Shown here in pieces: positions 1 through 9,326 of a DNA stretch of 64,000 nucleotides; within the stretch, counting starts at the first letter, position 1, and each line of letters opens with the position of its first letter. This stretch comes from Planctomycetota bacterium. Lineage in GTDB: Bacteria; Planctomycetota; PLA2; JAEUHO01. Under the pieces are notes generated by a model. It saw nothing but the letters and a program-made list of their open reading frames with translations, ran no database searches and was not told where the DNA came from. Both the position numbers and the translations under genes were made by a program. The stretch lies in NCBI GenBank assembly GCA_965223505.1, contig CBDCWP010000010.1, forward strand, positions 1 through 64,000, written 5' to 3'.

Positions 1-294
1 GACCGTGCAAACGATCAAGCAGTTCCTGACTTCGACCTTGCCGGTCAGCGACGAAGAGCCTGCGATCTCGTCTCCACGGCGGGGCGCCAAGATCCCAAGC
101 TGCGGGTCCGTGCGTTTGCATTCCGAGTCGTGCGCCCGTCGAAGCCGTGAGAACTCACGGCCGCGTTGATGAGGGCAAGTCCATAAGTCGTTGGCTTCGC
201 AGGAGTTGCGGGAAATCGAGATTTCTAGCCTGAGAGCGTGAGAACTCACCAGCGGGCTTCCAGGGCGCACAGCCGCGCCAGAAAGGAAGCCCCC

Positions 295-501
295 ATGACT
301 GTCACAAGCAGTAGAGCACCCTCCCGGTTGCTCAAGGTCTCTGAGGTCGCCGAACTCCTCGGCGTCTCTGAGCGAACCGTCTGGTCCCTTCTCGACGCAG
401 GAGACCTGCCCCGCACCCGTATCCGCGGAGCCACGCGAGTCGCTCTCGACGCCGTTCTCGCGTTCATCGAGCGCCGTACGGAGTTGGGAGGTGCCCGATG
501 A
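295..501 (+). CDS. Excisionase-like helix-turn-helix DNA-binding protein (HTH_17/MerR-like)
   Basis: LLKVSEVAELLGVSERTVWSLLDAGDLPRTRIRGATRV is a typical Xis HTH; GAAAGGAAG RBS before ATG 295; upstream of integrase. Confidence 0.85.
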   Translation: MTVTSSRAPSRLLKVSEVAELLGVSERTVWSLLDAGDLPRTRIRGATRVALDAVLAFIERRTELGGAR

Positions 502-1629
502 CCGCGGGGGATCTGCACTTCGACGTCCCCGCGCCCTGGCCCACTCCGGTCGAGCTGACGGATCTGCTGGACGAGACGGTCCACACGCTCACCGACCACC
601 TCGTGCTGTCCGAGCATGCTCCGGAAGCCATCGCGCTGTGGGTCGGGCACACCTACGTCATCGGATCGTGCTACTTCAGCCCGCGGCTCGTACTCACGTC
701 GCCCGTGATGCGGTGCGGCAAGACAACGACGCTCGCGCTGGTCCACAATCTCGCATCTCGCCCGCTCTCCGTGTCGAGCGCCTCCCCTGCGGCAATCTTC
801 CGCGTCATGAAGGCGGAACAGCCGACCTTGCTTCTCGATGAAGCCGAGGGATGGCTGACCAAGGACGAGCTGCTCCGCACGATCGTCAATGCTGGGTACT
901 CGAGGGCGAGCTCCATCGTGATTCGTGTTCACGAGAAGACGTTCGATCCCGTGCCCTTCGACTCGTTCGGCGCATGGCGATCGCACTGATCGGTGCGCCT
1001 GCGCCGACGATCCTCGACCGCTCCGTCGTCATCCCCCTTCGGCGGAAGCGAAGCTACGAGACGGTTCGACGGTTCCGGCAGAAGCGCGTCGAGGAAGAGG
1101 TGTGCCCCTTGCGGCGCAAGTGGGCCCGGTGGGCGAACGACCACCAGGCGGACTTGCTCGGCGCAGAGCCGACTGCCCCGATGAACTCGACGATCGTGCA
1201 GCGGACCTCTGGGAGCCGCTGTTGGCTATCGCCGAGTCCGCAGGCGCGGAGTGGTCGCAGAAGGCCTGCGCTGCCGCAGTCGCGCTATCGCGGGTCCGCC
1301 TTCAGGCGGAACCCGACGACCGTCATCGCTTGCTCGAGGATCTCCAGCACGTCCTCAACGACTCCCACGAGGATCGCTTCCCCAGCAAGAACCTGCTGTC
1401 GCGGCTCCGTGCGATCGAGACGTCGCCATGGGGCGAGTGGAAGCGGGGAGCACCCCTGACCTGCCACGGCCTCGCGAGCCTCCTGAGGCCCTTCGGAGTT
1501 GGTCCCGTGTCGGTCCGGCTGCCGGCCGGCGGGACGCCCAAGGGCTACAAGCGCGAGGACTTGGAACGGCTCTTCGAGCGGTACCTGGATCCTCTGGACA
1601 ACGCCACACCGCCACATGTGGACGCCTAG
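498..1629 (+). pseudogene. DUF3631-type replication protein (P-loop/primase-helicase associated), split by two apparent frameshifts (~975, ~1180)
   Basis: Three consecutive frames give SPVMRCGKTT (Walker A), PTLLLDEAE (Walker B), then MAIALIG..TILDRSVVIPLRRK, then DRAADLWEPLLAIA...LASLLRPFGV...KGYKREDL...FERYL; genuine decay or sequencing indels. Confidence 0.7.
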
Positions 1630-1694
1630 GCGTTTCTTCCCGCCGCCACAACGCAGCGTTCCGGGGCTCCCCGCGGGTGTGGCGTTGTGGCGGC
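1602..1694. repeat. CGCCACA iteron-like cluster including a 13-bp inverted repeat; putative element origin
   Basis: CGCCACA at 1602, 1610, 1644; TGTGGCG at 1678, 1686; GCCGCCACAACGC (1642-1654) pairs with GCGTTGTGGCGGC (1682-1694). Confidence 0.55.
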
Positions 1695-1748
1695 TCCCCA
1701 ACGCTCCGGTGCGACGTCTACGTGCCGTTGAGAGAAAGGTGTATTGAG

Positions 1749-2985
1749 ATGAGGGTCTACCGCCCTGGGTACACATCCAAGAAGGGTGTGAAGAAGAAGT
1801 GCAAGGTCTGGTACGTGCAGACCACGGTCAACGGAAAGCGATTTCGCAAATCCACCGGCTGTAAGGACCGGCGGTCGGCGATCAAGAAGGCCAGAGAGCT
1901 CGTGCTCGCGGCCGAGCGCCTGTCGGCCGGCCTTCACGACCAGCTTGATGTCCATCAGCGCCGCCCGTTGAAGGAGCACCTCGAAGACTTCGAGGCCACC
2001 CTTCGCGCTCGTGGCGTCGGCGAGCAGTACCTCGCGGATCGCATGCGCTGCCTCCGGGGATTCGTGTCCTACGCCGGCTGCAAGCGACTGATCGACCTTG
2101 ATGATTCGAGCGCGAGCCGATGGTTGGCGGAGGAGCGAGGCAAGGGTCTCTCGGCGCGAACGGTCAATCGCAGGTATCAGGCGCTTCGTCAGTTCGGGCG
2201 CTGGCTCGTCAAGGCGAACCGGTTGGAACGAGCGCCGTTCACGACGCTTCGCCCGCTCAACGAGCAAGCCGACCGTCGCCGGCAGCGACGATCGCTCTCC
2301 GCGGACGAGCTCCGCCTACTCTTCGCAGCCGCGAAGTCACGGCCCCTGCGTGCCGCGACGCGCCAGAGAGTGCGCAAAGGTGTGACCGACGCCGAGCGTC
2401 GGCGGTTGGTCAGCCTTGGCGAGGTTCGCGCCATCGTGTATCAGCTTGCCGCTGGCACTGGGCTTCGCCGGAACGAGTTGCGGGAGTTGCGCTGGCGTGA
2501 CTTGGACCTCAAGGCGGGCTGGATCACCGTTCCGGCAGCGACAGCCAAGAGCCGCAAGGACCAACGTGTTCCGCTTCGCACCGGTCTCGTGCAAATGCTC
2601 CGTGCCTTCCGATCGCATGACGCCCGCATGCGCGACCGAGTCATCCCGCCGAAGCTCTTCCCCCTCGCTACGGGCCCTCAAGCGGGATCTCGCGGAGGCC
2701 GGCATCGTGCGACGGGAGCTCGTCGACGTGTCCTCGGAATCGGGGGAGAAGAAGCGTCCCCGTGAGGTGTTCCATACCAAGGACGATCGCGGTCGCGTCG
2801 TCGACTTCCACGCGCTCAGGTACACCTTCGTCACCCAACTGGCAAAGGCCGGCGTGCACCCCCGTATCGCGCAGGCTCTGGCCCGGCACGCCAAGATCGA
2901 GACGACGATGGCCGTCTACACGGACATCCGCGATGGCGACCTGAGGGCCGCCGTCGAGCGGCTCGACGGCTCCCAAGAGGAGTAG
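1749..2985 (+). pseudogene. Tyrosine recombinase/integrase with +1 frameshift in a C-run at ~2660-2664
   Basis: GLRRNEL (R), AKSRK (K), FHALRYT (HxxR), LARH, MAVY (Y) motifs; N-terminal arm-binding-like region; removing one C joins the two frames. Confidence 0.85.
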
Positions 2986-3047
2986 ACCCCAGGCTAGAAT
3001 CAGCGCTGGCGTCCACTACGTACTCGGGGTAAGCCCTTGAAGTCGGC

Positions 3048-4355
3048 GTGAGAGCCGAGAAGGGAGGCCCCGTGGGTCCGAGTCGAGGGACATCCTCGAA
3101 GTTCGCGAAGCGTGTTGCGGCGGCACTGAAGGCGCTGGGAGCGCCGGATGCCGATCCGGCCGCACGCGACGACGTGGACCGCCTGCTGGATAAGGTCGAG
3201 AGCGAGGGGGAGGTCAGCGCCGAGGAACTGTCCGCCCTCAGGCTGGCCGCGGGCCTTCTTGCCGACGTGGAGAGCCAGGAGCTCGCTGCCAGGATTTGCG
3301 AAGGCCTGACGGAGCGGCTGGTCGAGGACGGCTGGGTCGCCGCTGCGGAGGTCGTGTTCGACCGCCTCGCGGATGTCGATCTCGGGAGACTCGAGTACCC
3401 GAAGATCCTGAACTGGGCGCCGACCGTCGCGTCGGTCGGTCGCCTCGCGAAGGCCGTGGACGGGACCACGAAGCCGATCTCAGAGGCTGTTGCCGGAAAC
3501 CCCTCGGCCTGGATCGGCAGCGCCGTTGGAGAGTGGGCGCTCCTTCGGGGCGATGCAAAGGCAAGACGTGCCACGGCCAGCTTGGCCGTGGATCGCCTTG
3601 TGGAAGGGGACTCCCGTAGCCGCGAGCTCATTCGTGAGAGCTTGCGCGGCGCCAAGGCGCAAGCTCTAGCTGCAGTCTTCTGGCGCCGAGCCGCCAAGGC
3701 AGCCGAAGCAGCTGACGCTCTCTGGCGGTTGGTGCTTGCCGATAACGAACTCGCGGTGAGTGAACCTCGACGTCTTGCCAAGACGATCGCGACTGCGGCC
3801 TCTGTGGGAGAACTCCTGCCGGCAATAGCCGCGCTCCGAGAGCTGACGACTTCAGATCTCGCGACTCGAGCGGGGCTCGCCCTCGCGATGATGCGCTTGC
3901 AGATCAGCGAGTCAGGCATCGTCGAGGGGCGTCGGATCCCGACAACGGTTGCTGACTACTTGGCAAAGCCACAGGTCCAGGGAGCGAAGGATGCTCTGTC
4001 GGCTGGGGAGGATTCGTCTTCCGAGGCTCGGTTCGTTCTTTCCGCGGCGGATCTCGGTGCCGTGCTCGCCAGTGTGTCCGAAAGCAGTCTGTCGCCGGCG
4101 CAGGCTGAGTGGGTTGTTGATGCGCTCGACGCGGTCGGGAGGGGCGATGACCCCGAGCTGATCGTCACAGCGATGGCGCAGAACCTGGGACTCGAACCCG
4201 TAGGCGCCGTAGGGGACCAAGTCGACTTCGACCCGATGAAGCATGATGGCGATGGGAAGGCGCGACCCGGCGACTTGGTGCAGATTCGCAACTCCGGTTG
4301 GCGCCTCGCGTCAGGGGTGATCGTGCGACATCCGCGAGTGGGCGCGAGCGAGTAG
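3048..4355 (+). CDS. Alpha-helical hypothetical protein with C-terminal GrpE-like beta domain
   Basis: C-terminus LGLEPVGAVGDQVDFDPMKH...GDLVQIRNSGWRLASGVIVRHPRV resembles the GrpE FDPxxH...GY.l.g.vlR.a.V head; start uncertain. Confidence 0.6.
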   Translation: MRAEKGGPVGPSRGTSSKFAKRVAAALKALGAPDADPAARDDVDRLLDKVESEGEVSAEELSALRLAAGLLADVESQELAARICEGLTERLVEDGWVAAAEVVFDRLADVDLGRLEYPKILNWAPTVASVGRLAKAVDGTTKPISEAVAGNPSAWIGSAVGEWALLRGDAKARRATASLAVDRLVEGDSRSRELIRESLRGAKAQALAAVFWRRAAKAAEAADALWRLVLADNELAVSEPRRLAKTIATAASVGELLPAIAALRELTTSDLATRAGLALAMMRLQISESGIVEGRRIPTTVADYLAKPQVQGAKDALSAGEDSSSEARFVLSAADLGAVLASVSESSLSPAQAEWVVDALDAVGRGDDPELIVTAMAQNLGLEPVGAVGDQVDFDPMKHDGDGKARPGDLVQIRNSGWRLASGVIVRHPRVGASE

Positions 4356-4372
4356 AAGGAACGGGGAAACCG

Positions 4373-5566
4373 ATGTACACGGAGCCGAGTCTCGCGATCG
4401 ACATGGGCGCGTCCTACACCAAGGTCGCTTATCGACCGCGCCTGGATGAAGATGCGCACCAGGCGCCTCGAGTCCCGAGGCGAAGAGCCTTCCAGGTCCC
4501 TACGGAAGTTGCGACGTTCAGGACGCGCCGCAATGAGACCGTGATGTGGGTTCCCAGCGCCGTGGCCCACGACAAGGAGCGGGATCACTGGTCCTTCGGG
4601 GAGGAGGCCGTTGCGCTCGACGGAACTCCCGGCGTGAAGGTCGACATCAACTGGAAGCGGCAGCTCTACCTGGCACCGAAGAGCGAGCGCCTCCGGCGCG
4701 TCTGCGGGAAGTTCTTATCCTGGGTGCTCGACGACGCGGCTCGACGCTGGGAACTGCCCGCTACGGTTCGTGTTCGTGTTGCTGTACCCGCACTTGAACA
4801 CCAAGCCGAGTTCGAGGAGGCGATTCGGAAGTCCGTTGGCTCCTTCCCGGGCATGATCTCATTTGCCACAGAGCCTCGGTGTAACGCGATCGGGTCCTTC
4901 TCGGAGGGGCGCAACGGGATCCACCGCCACGGCGGCTCGCTCTATGTCAGCCGCGGCAGGACCGTAGGTGGCCCCGAGACTGGAGGTTCCAACGGCGAAC
5001 TCTGGAATGCCCTTCGCGACGGAGACGGCCACGTCTACCGCCCGCTGTTGCTCGACCTCGGGGCGTTCACCGTGGATGTTGCGCGGCTTGAGCTCGACAC
5101 CTCGGAAGACGACATGCCCGAGGCCAAGGTCGACTGCCGAAGCCGAGAGGTCGGCCTCGTCAACGAGGTGGACCGGCGCGTCTTCGATCACATCCGGGCG
5201 CGTTGGGGCGGATACGACGCACGCAAGGAGCTCGGCCTGGCGGCGCAGGAACAAGCCAAGTTCCGTCTCTACGCTGGAGGATCCCTCGCGTTCCCTGGCG
5301 GCGTCGCGATGCAGGACGACCAGGACAAGATCGTCCTCTCCGAGATCCTCGACGGGTACGTCAGTAGTGCATGGGAGCTCCTGGCTCCGTACCTGGAGGA
5401 GGGAGATGAGCAGGTGATTGCGACCGGCGGTCCTGTCGGCGCCCCTCTCATTCGCCAACGTCTCGAAGCGAAGGCCGGCGCCGGAGGCGTTCGACTGTAT
5501 GTGCCGAGTGGTGGGCGTTACTGGACTCGAACCAGTGACCCCCAGCTTGTCGAGCTGGTGCTCTAG
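4373..5566 (+). CDS. Hsp70/actin-fold ATPase (nucleotide-binding domain only)
   Basis: Phosphate-1 LAIDMGASYTK, connect-1 EPRCNAIG, phosphate-2 LDLGAFTVDV, adenosine ATGGPVGAP; last 58 nt overlap the tRNA antisense. Confidence 0.7.
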   Translation: MYTEPSLAIDMGASYTKVAYRPRLDEDAHQAPRVPRRRAFQVPTEVATFRTRRNETVMWVPSAVAHDKERDHWSFGEEAVALDGTPGVKVDINWKRQLYLAPKSERLRRVCGKFLSWVLDDAARRWELPATVRVRVAVPALEHQAEFEEAIRKSVGSFPGMISFATEPRCNAIGSFSEGRNGIHRHGGSLYVSRGRTVGGPETGGSNGELWNALRDGDGHVYRPLLLDLGAFTVDVARLELDTSEDDMPEAKVDCRSREVGLVNEVDRRVFDHIRARWGGYDARKELGLAAQEQAKFRLYAGGSLAFPGGVAMQDDQDKIVLSEILDGYVSSAWELLAPYLEEGDEQVIATGGPVGAPLIRQRLEAKAGAGGVRLYVPSGGRYWTRTSDPQLVELVL

Positions 5567-5585
5567 CCAACTGAGCTAAACGCCC
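5509..5585 (-). tRNA. tRNA-Val(GAC)
   Basis: Reverse complement GGGCGTTTAGCTCAGTTGGCTAGAGCACCAGCTCGACAAGCTGGGGGTCACTGGTTCGAGTCCAGTAACGCCCACCA: acceptor stem, D loop, CCAGC/GCTGG anticodon stem with GAC, GTTCGA T loop, encoded CCA. Confidence 0.97.
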
Positions 5586-5826
5586 ACCCAGTGAGCGGGA
5601 GCATATACCGCCACCGCCAATCCGCCCAAATCACGCCCAACCACACCCCGACACGAGGTCCTCCGACCCCATTTCGCCCCATGAGCCCATTTCTCAGGCT
5701 GGACCGCCATTCAATGGGCCTTCCCATCGCGACCTCTCGCCACCCACGGGGTATCAGATCGCGCGCCCGCAGCGTGCAAGTCGTACAATCTCCACGTCTA
5801 GGTCCCCCTCTGCAGAGATTCTCGCC

Positions 5827-6609
5827 ATGACCAACATCGGCCCCATGCTCCTCATCAACGTCGTCCTCGTCGCCGTCGGCATCGGCGTCTACCACGTCGC
5901 CACCGCCGACGACTCCGCCGGATCCGGCGGTGACTTCATCACCGAGAAGACCACCGTCATCCACGACGACGGCAGCGACGGCCCCATGCTCGACGGCGGC
6001 TCCGCCCGCAACGACCGTCGCATCTCCGAGCTCGAAGCCGAGATCGCGTCCCTCAAGGAGCTCCTCGGCAAGCGCCACGCCTCCGGCGGCTCCTACGACG
6101 CCTCCGGCAACGGCGGCGGCTCAGGCGACATCCTGCCCTCCCTCGACCTCGACGTCGGCGGCACCGAGGAAAAGCCGACCTTCGACGAAGACTCGCTGAC
6201 GGCCATGAAGAAGTACATGGACGAGATCCGCCGACGCGACGCCGAAGAGCGCCTCGTCAACGGCCTCGAACGCCAGCTCGGTCGCCTCGACGTCAACCTC
6301 TCCGAGGAACAGAGCGAAGCCGTCATCAAGGCCACCATCGCCGCCCGCGAAAAGCGCATGGCCATGTTCCGCGAGATGGGCCAGCGCGGACGCAACCTCG
6401 ACGAAGCCGGCCGCGAAGCCTTCCGCGAAGAGATGCGCCAGGCCAACGACAAGCTGCGTGAGGAATGGTCCACAACCGTCTACAGCCTCGTGCCCGCCGG
6501 CGACGCCGAGAAGATCGTCGAAGGCATGGGCCGCTCCATCAGCTGGGGCGGTCGCGGCGGCTTCGACACGGGCGGTCGCGCCGGCGGCGGACGCAACCGC
6601 AACCGGTAG
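5827..6609 (+). CDS. Hypothetical membrane-anchored/exported coiled-coil protein
   Basis: N-terminal hydrophobic segment, strong host-like codon bias, G/R-rich tail. Confidence 0.75.
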   Translation: MTNIGPMLLINVVLVAVGIGVYHVATADDSAGSGGDFITEKTTVIHDDGSDGPMLDGGSARNDRRISELEAEIASLKELLGKRHASGGSYDASGNGGGSGDILPSLDLDVGGTEEKPTFDEDSLTAMKKYMDEIRRRDAEERLVNGLERQLGRLDVNLSEEQSEAVIKATIAAREKRMAMFREMGQRGRNLDEAGREAFREEMRQANDKLREEWSTTVYSLVPAGDAEKIVEGMGRSISWGGRGGFDTGGRAGGGRNRNR

Positions 6610-6667
6610 GGCGCGGAGCGAGCACGATTGCCGTCGCGCGTAGCGCGGGCGCGTGGGTCGCGGAATT

Positions 6668-6728
6668 GGGCAGCCACAAGGGCTGCCCCTACGTCGCAGG
6701 ATTGGGCAGCCACTAGGGCTGGCCCTAC
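6668..6728 (-). repeat. Two GTAG-family REP copies
   Basis: GGGCAGCCACAAGGGCTGCCCCTAC at 6668-6692 and a variant at 6704-6728. Confidence 0.9.
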
Positions 6729-6758
6729 ACTCCCCGCGTCATTCTCCGGGGGGTCACC

Positions 6759-7865
6759 ATGCGCATCGGCATTCCGACTGAGATCAAGGCCAACGAACAC
6801 CGCATCGCCGTCGTGCCCGGCGGCGTTCAAGCACTCGTCGCCGACGGCCACGAAGTCCTCGTCCAACGCGGCGGCGGCGTCGGCAGTGGCATCGCCGACG
6901 ACGAGTACGTCGCCGCCGGCGCACGCCTCGTCGACGACGCCGACGACCTCTGGGGCTCCAGCGAGATGATCGTCAAGGTCAAGGAGCCCCTGCCGGAGGA
7001 GTACGGCCGCTGCCGCCAAGACCTGCTCGTCTTCACCTACTTCCACTTCGCCGCCTCGCGCGAGCTAACCGAAGGCATGATCCAGTCCGGCGCCGCGTGC
7101 TTCACCTACGAGACGCTCGAGATCGACGACCAGCTCCCGCTGCTCATTCCCATGTCCGAGGTCGCCGGCCGCTTGTCCATCCAGGAAGGCGCGCACTGCC
7201 TCGAGAAGGCCCAGGGCGGCCGCGGCGTCTTGCTCGGCGGCGTCCCCGGCGTGGAGCCCGCCAACGTGCTCATCCTCGGCGGCGGCACCGCCGGCACCCA
7301 CGCCGCGCTCATGGCCGCGGGCCTCGGCGCCCACGTCGTCATCATGGACATCGATCTCGACCGGTTGCGCGAGCTCGAGGAGTTCATGCCCGCCAACGTC
7401 ACGACGGTCTTCTCCAACCCCGCCAACATCCACCAGCGGGTCCAGTACGCCGACCTCGTCGTCGGCGCCGTGCTGATCGAAGGCGCCAAGGCGCCGATGC
7501 TGATTCCCCGCTCCTACCTCAAGGACATGAAGGACGGCTCCGTCATCGTCGACATCGCCGTCGATCAGGGCGGCTGCGTCGAGACCATCAAGCCCACGAC
7601 GCACGCCGAGCCGACCTACGTCGTCGACGGGGTCGTGCACTACGGCGTCGCCAACATGCCCGGCGCCGTCGCCCGCACCTCCACCTACGCGCTCACCAAC
7701 GCCACCCTGCCGTTCGTGCGCAAGCTGGCCCGCATCGGCGCCGACGAGGCCGTCCGGGACGACGAGCTGCGCACCGCCCTCAACGTCTGGAAGGGCAAGG
7801 TGACCTACCAGGCCGTGGCCGAGGCGTTCGACCTCGAGTACGTCGATCCGCTGACGCTGCTCTAG
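6759..7865 (+). CDS. ald: Alanine dehydrogenase
   Basis: MRIGIPTEIKANEHR, KVKEP, PMSEVAGR, DIAVDQGGC, HYGVANMPGAV motifs. Confidence 0.97.
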   Translation: MRIGIPTEIKANEHRIAVVPGGVQALVADGHEVLVQRGGGVGSGIADDEYVAAGARLVDDADDLWGSSEMIVKVKEPLPEEYGRCRQDLLVFTYFHFAASRELTEGMIQSGAACFTYETLEIDDQLPLLIPMSEVAGRLSIQEGAHCLEKAQGGRGVLLGGVPGVEPANVLILGGGTAGTHAALMAAGLGAHVVIMDIDLDRLRELEEFMPANVTTVFSNPANIHQRVQYADLVVGAVLIEGAKAPMLIPRSYLKDMKDGSVIVDIAVDQGGCVETIKPTTHAEPTYVVDGVVHYGVANMPGAVARTSTYALTNATLPFVRKLARIGADEAVRDDELRTALNVWKGKVTYQAVAEAFDLEYVDPLTLL

Positions 7866-7919
7866 GCGCTCCCGCGCGGGTACCCTCGGCTTCGAAGGAT
7901 TCTCAACGACGGGGGTAGC

Positions 7920-9326
7920 GTGCAGCCCAACGGCAACGGCGACCGGCTACGCGAAGCCCCGCTGTTGCGGGAAACCGTCTCCTTCGGCATGCCGCTCGTC
8001 CTCGCGATGGCGCTGGGCGCGCTCTTCAACCTCGTCGACCTCTGGATCGTCGCCCAGTGGCAGGATCCGGGCATCTCCGTCGCCGCGGTCACCTTCGGCT
8101 CGCTCGTCAACTCGATCCCGCAGATCATCTTCAACGGCATCGTGAACGCCATGATCGCGCTCGTTGCGCGCTTCCATGGCCTCGGCTCCGTGCGCAAGGC
8201 GGGCGTCGCCGCCGGCCAGGGCCTCATGCTCACGCTGGTGCTGAGCGTGCTGTTCGGCGTGCCGCCGTGGTTCTACGCCGAAGAGATCTGCGTCGCGCTG
8301 GGCGCGAAGGGCGACGTCGTCGCGCCCGCCACCGACTACCTGGCCATCATGAGCCTGGGCACCATCACGATGTTCCTGCTGCTCATGGTCACCGGCGTGA
8401 TGCGCGCCGTGGGCAACAGCCTCGTTCCGCTCATCCTTCTGGGCGGCGCGAACCTGCTCAACATCATCCTCGACTACTGGTTCATCTTCGGCGGGCTGGG
8501 GCTGGAGCCGATGGGGGTGGCGGGCGCCGCCTGGGCGACGGTCGTCGCGCGCGGCCTGTTCTCCGTCGCGGGCCTGGCGCTGCTCTACCGCGGCTTCATC
8601 GGCATCAAGATGCGCCGCTTCCTGTGGCGCGCGCGAATCATGTGGCAGCTGCTCGCCATCGGCGTGCCCTCCTGCATGCAGTGGCTGGTGCGCATGGGCT
8701 CGTACCTCTACATCCTGGGCTTCGTCGCCCACGCCGCCCGCGCCACCGGCGTCGGCGAGACGGAAGCGCAGGCGGCCTTCGGCGTGGGCCTGCGGCTGGA
8801 CAGCCTGGTGCTGTTCTCCGGCTTCGGCTGGGGGGCCGCGGCCGCCACGCTCGTTGGCCAGAACCTGGGGCGCGGGCGCCCGGAGCGCGCGGTGCGGGCC
8901 GCCTGGATCGCGCTCGGCCTGAACATGGTGATGATGCTGCTGTTCGCCGCCGCCTACGTGATCTTCGCGGACCCGCTGCTTCACATGATGGGCTTCGACG
9001 TCGGACCCAACACCAACCAGCAGGCCGTGCTCGACATCGGACGCACGTATCTCTACGTCGCGTCGGCAGGGTACGTGTTCCTCGCGGTCGCGATCGCGCT
9101 CAGCCAGGCGCTCGCGGGCGCCGGCGCGACGAAGTTCCCGTTGTTGATCGAGGTCATCGCGTACGGCGCGGTCGGGTATCCGCTCGCCGGTTGGGCGGCG
9201 GAGAACGCGAGCGAGTTCGGACTGCGCGGACTGTGGTTGGTCGCCGTTGCGCTGCACCTCGGGGTCGCGGTAGCGTACGTGCTCTGGTTCCGGTTCGGCC
9301 GCTGGGCGCGAAAGGAGTTGCGTTGA
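7920..9326 (+). CDS. MATE family efflux transporter
   Basis: About 12 TM segments; RAVGNS..PL, NIILD..FIFG, GVAGAAWAT, GQNLGRG motifs. Confidence 0.92.
   Translation: MQPNGNGDRLREAPLLRETVSFGMPLVLAMALGALFNLVDLWIVAQWQDPGISVAAVTFGSLVNSIPQIIFNGIVNAMIALVARFHGLGSVRKAGVAAGQGLMLTLVLSVLFGVPPWFYAEEICVALGAKGDVVAPATDYLAIMSLGTITMFLLLMVTGVMRAVGNSLVPLILLGGANLLNIILDYWFIFGGLGLEPMGVAGAAWATVVARGLFSVAGLALLYRGFIGIKMRRFLWRARIMWQLLAIGVPSCMQWLVRMGSYLYILGFVAHAARATGVGETEAQAAFGVGLRLDSLVLFSGFGWGAAAATLVGQNLGRGRPERAVRAAWIALGLNMVMMLLFAAAYVIFADPLLHMMGFDVGPNTNQQAVLDIGRTYLYVASAGYVFLAVAIALSQALAGAGATKFPLLIEVIAYGAVGYPLAGWAAENASEFGLRGLWLVAVALHLGVAVAYVLWFRFGRWARKELR

Larger units (their letters stand above)
1..5530. mobile_element. 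Integrative element / genomic island (satellite-like) inserted at the tRNA-Val 3' end; left end outside window
   Basis: xis + DUF3631 + integrase + cargo directly abutting the tRNA 3' end; visibly more A/T-ending codons than flanking core genes. Confidence 0.75.

Noticed and set aside
1..150. Possible 3' end of a gene entering the window (open frame to TGA 148-150)
   Set aside because: Only 49 codons with no recognisable motif; cannot be supported
4373..5566. Calling the island ATPase a second dnaK or mreB
   Set aside because: Only degenerate actin-fold motifs, no substrate-binding domain and no family-specific signatures
8057..9322. N-terminal 422 aa of ORF 8057-10351
   Set aside because: Overlaps the MATE gene in another frame; the WYL protein starts at TTG 9323 after an RBS
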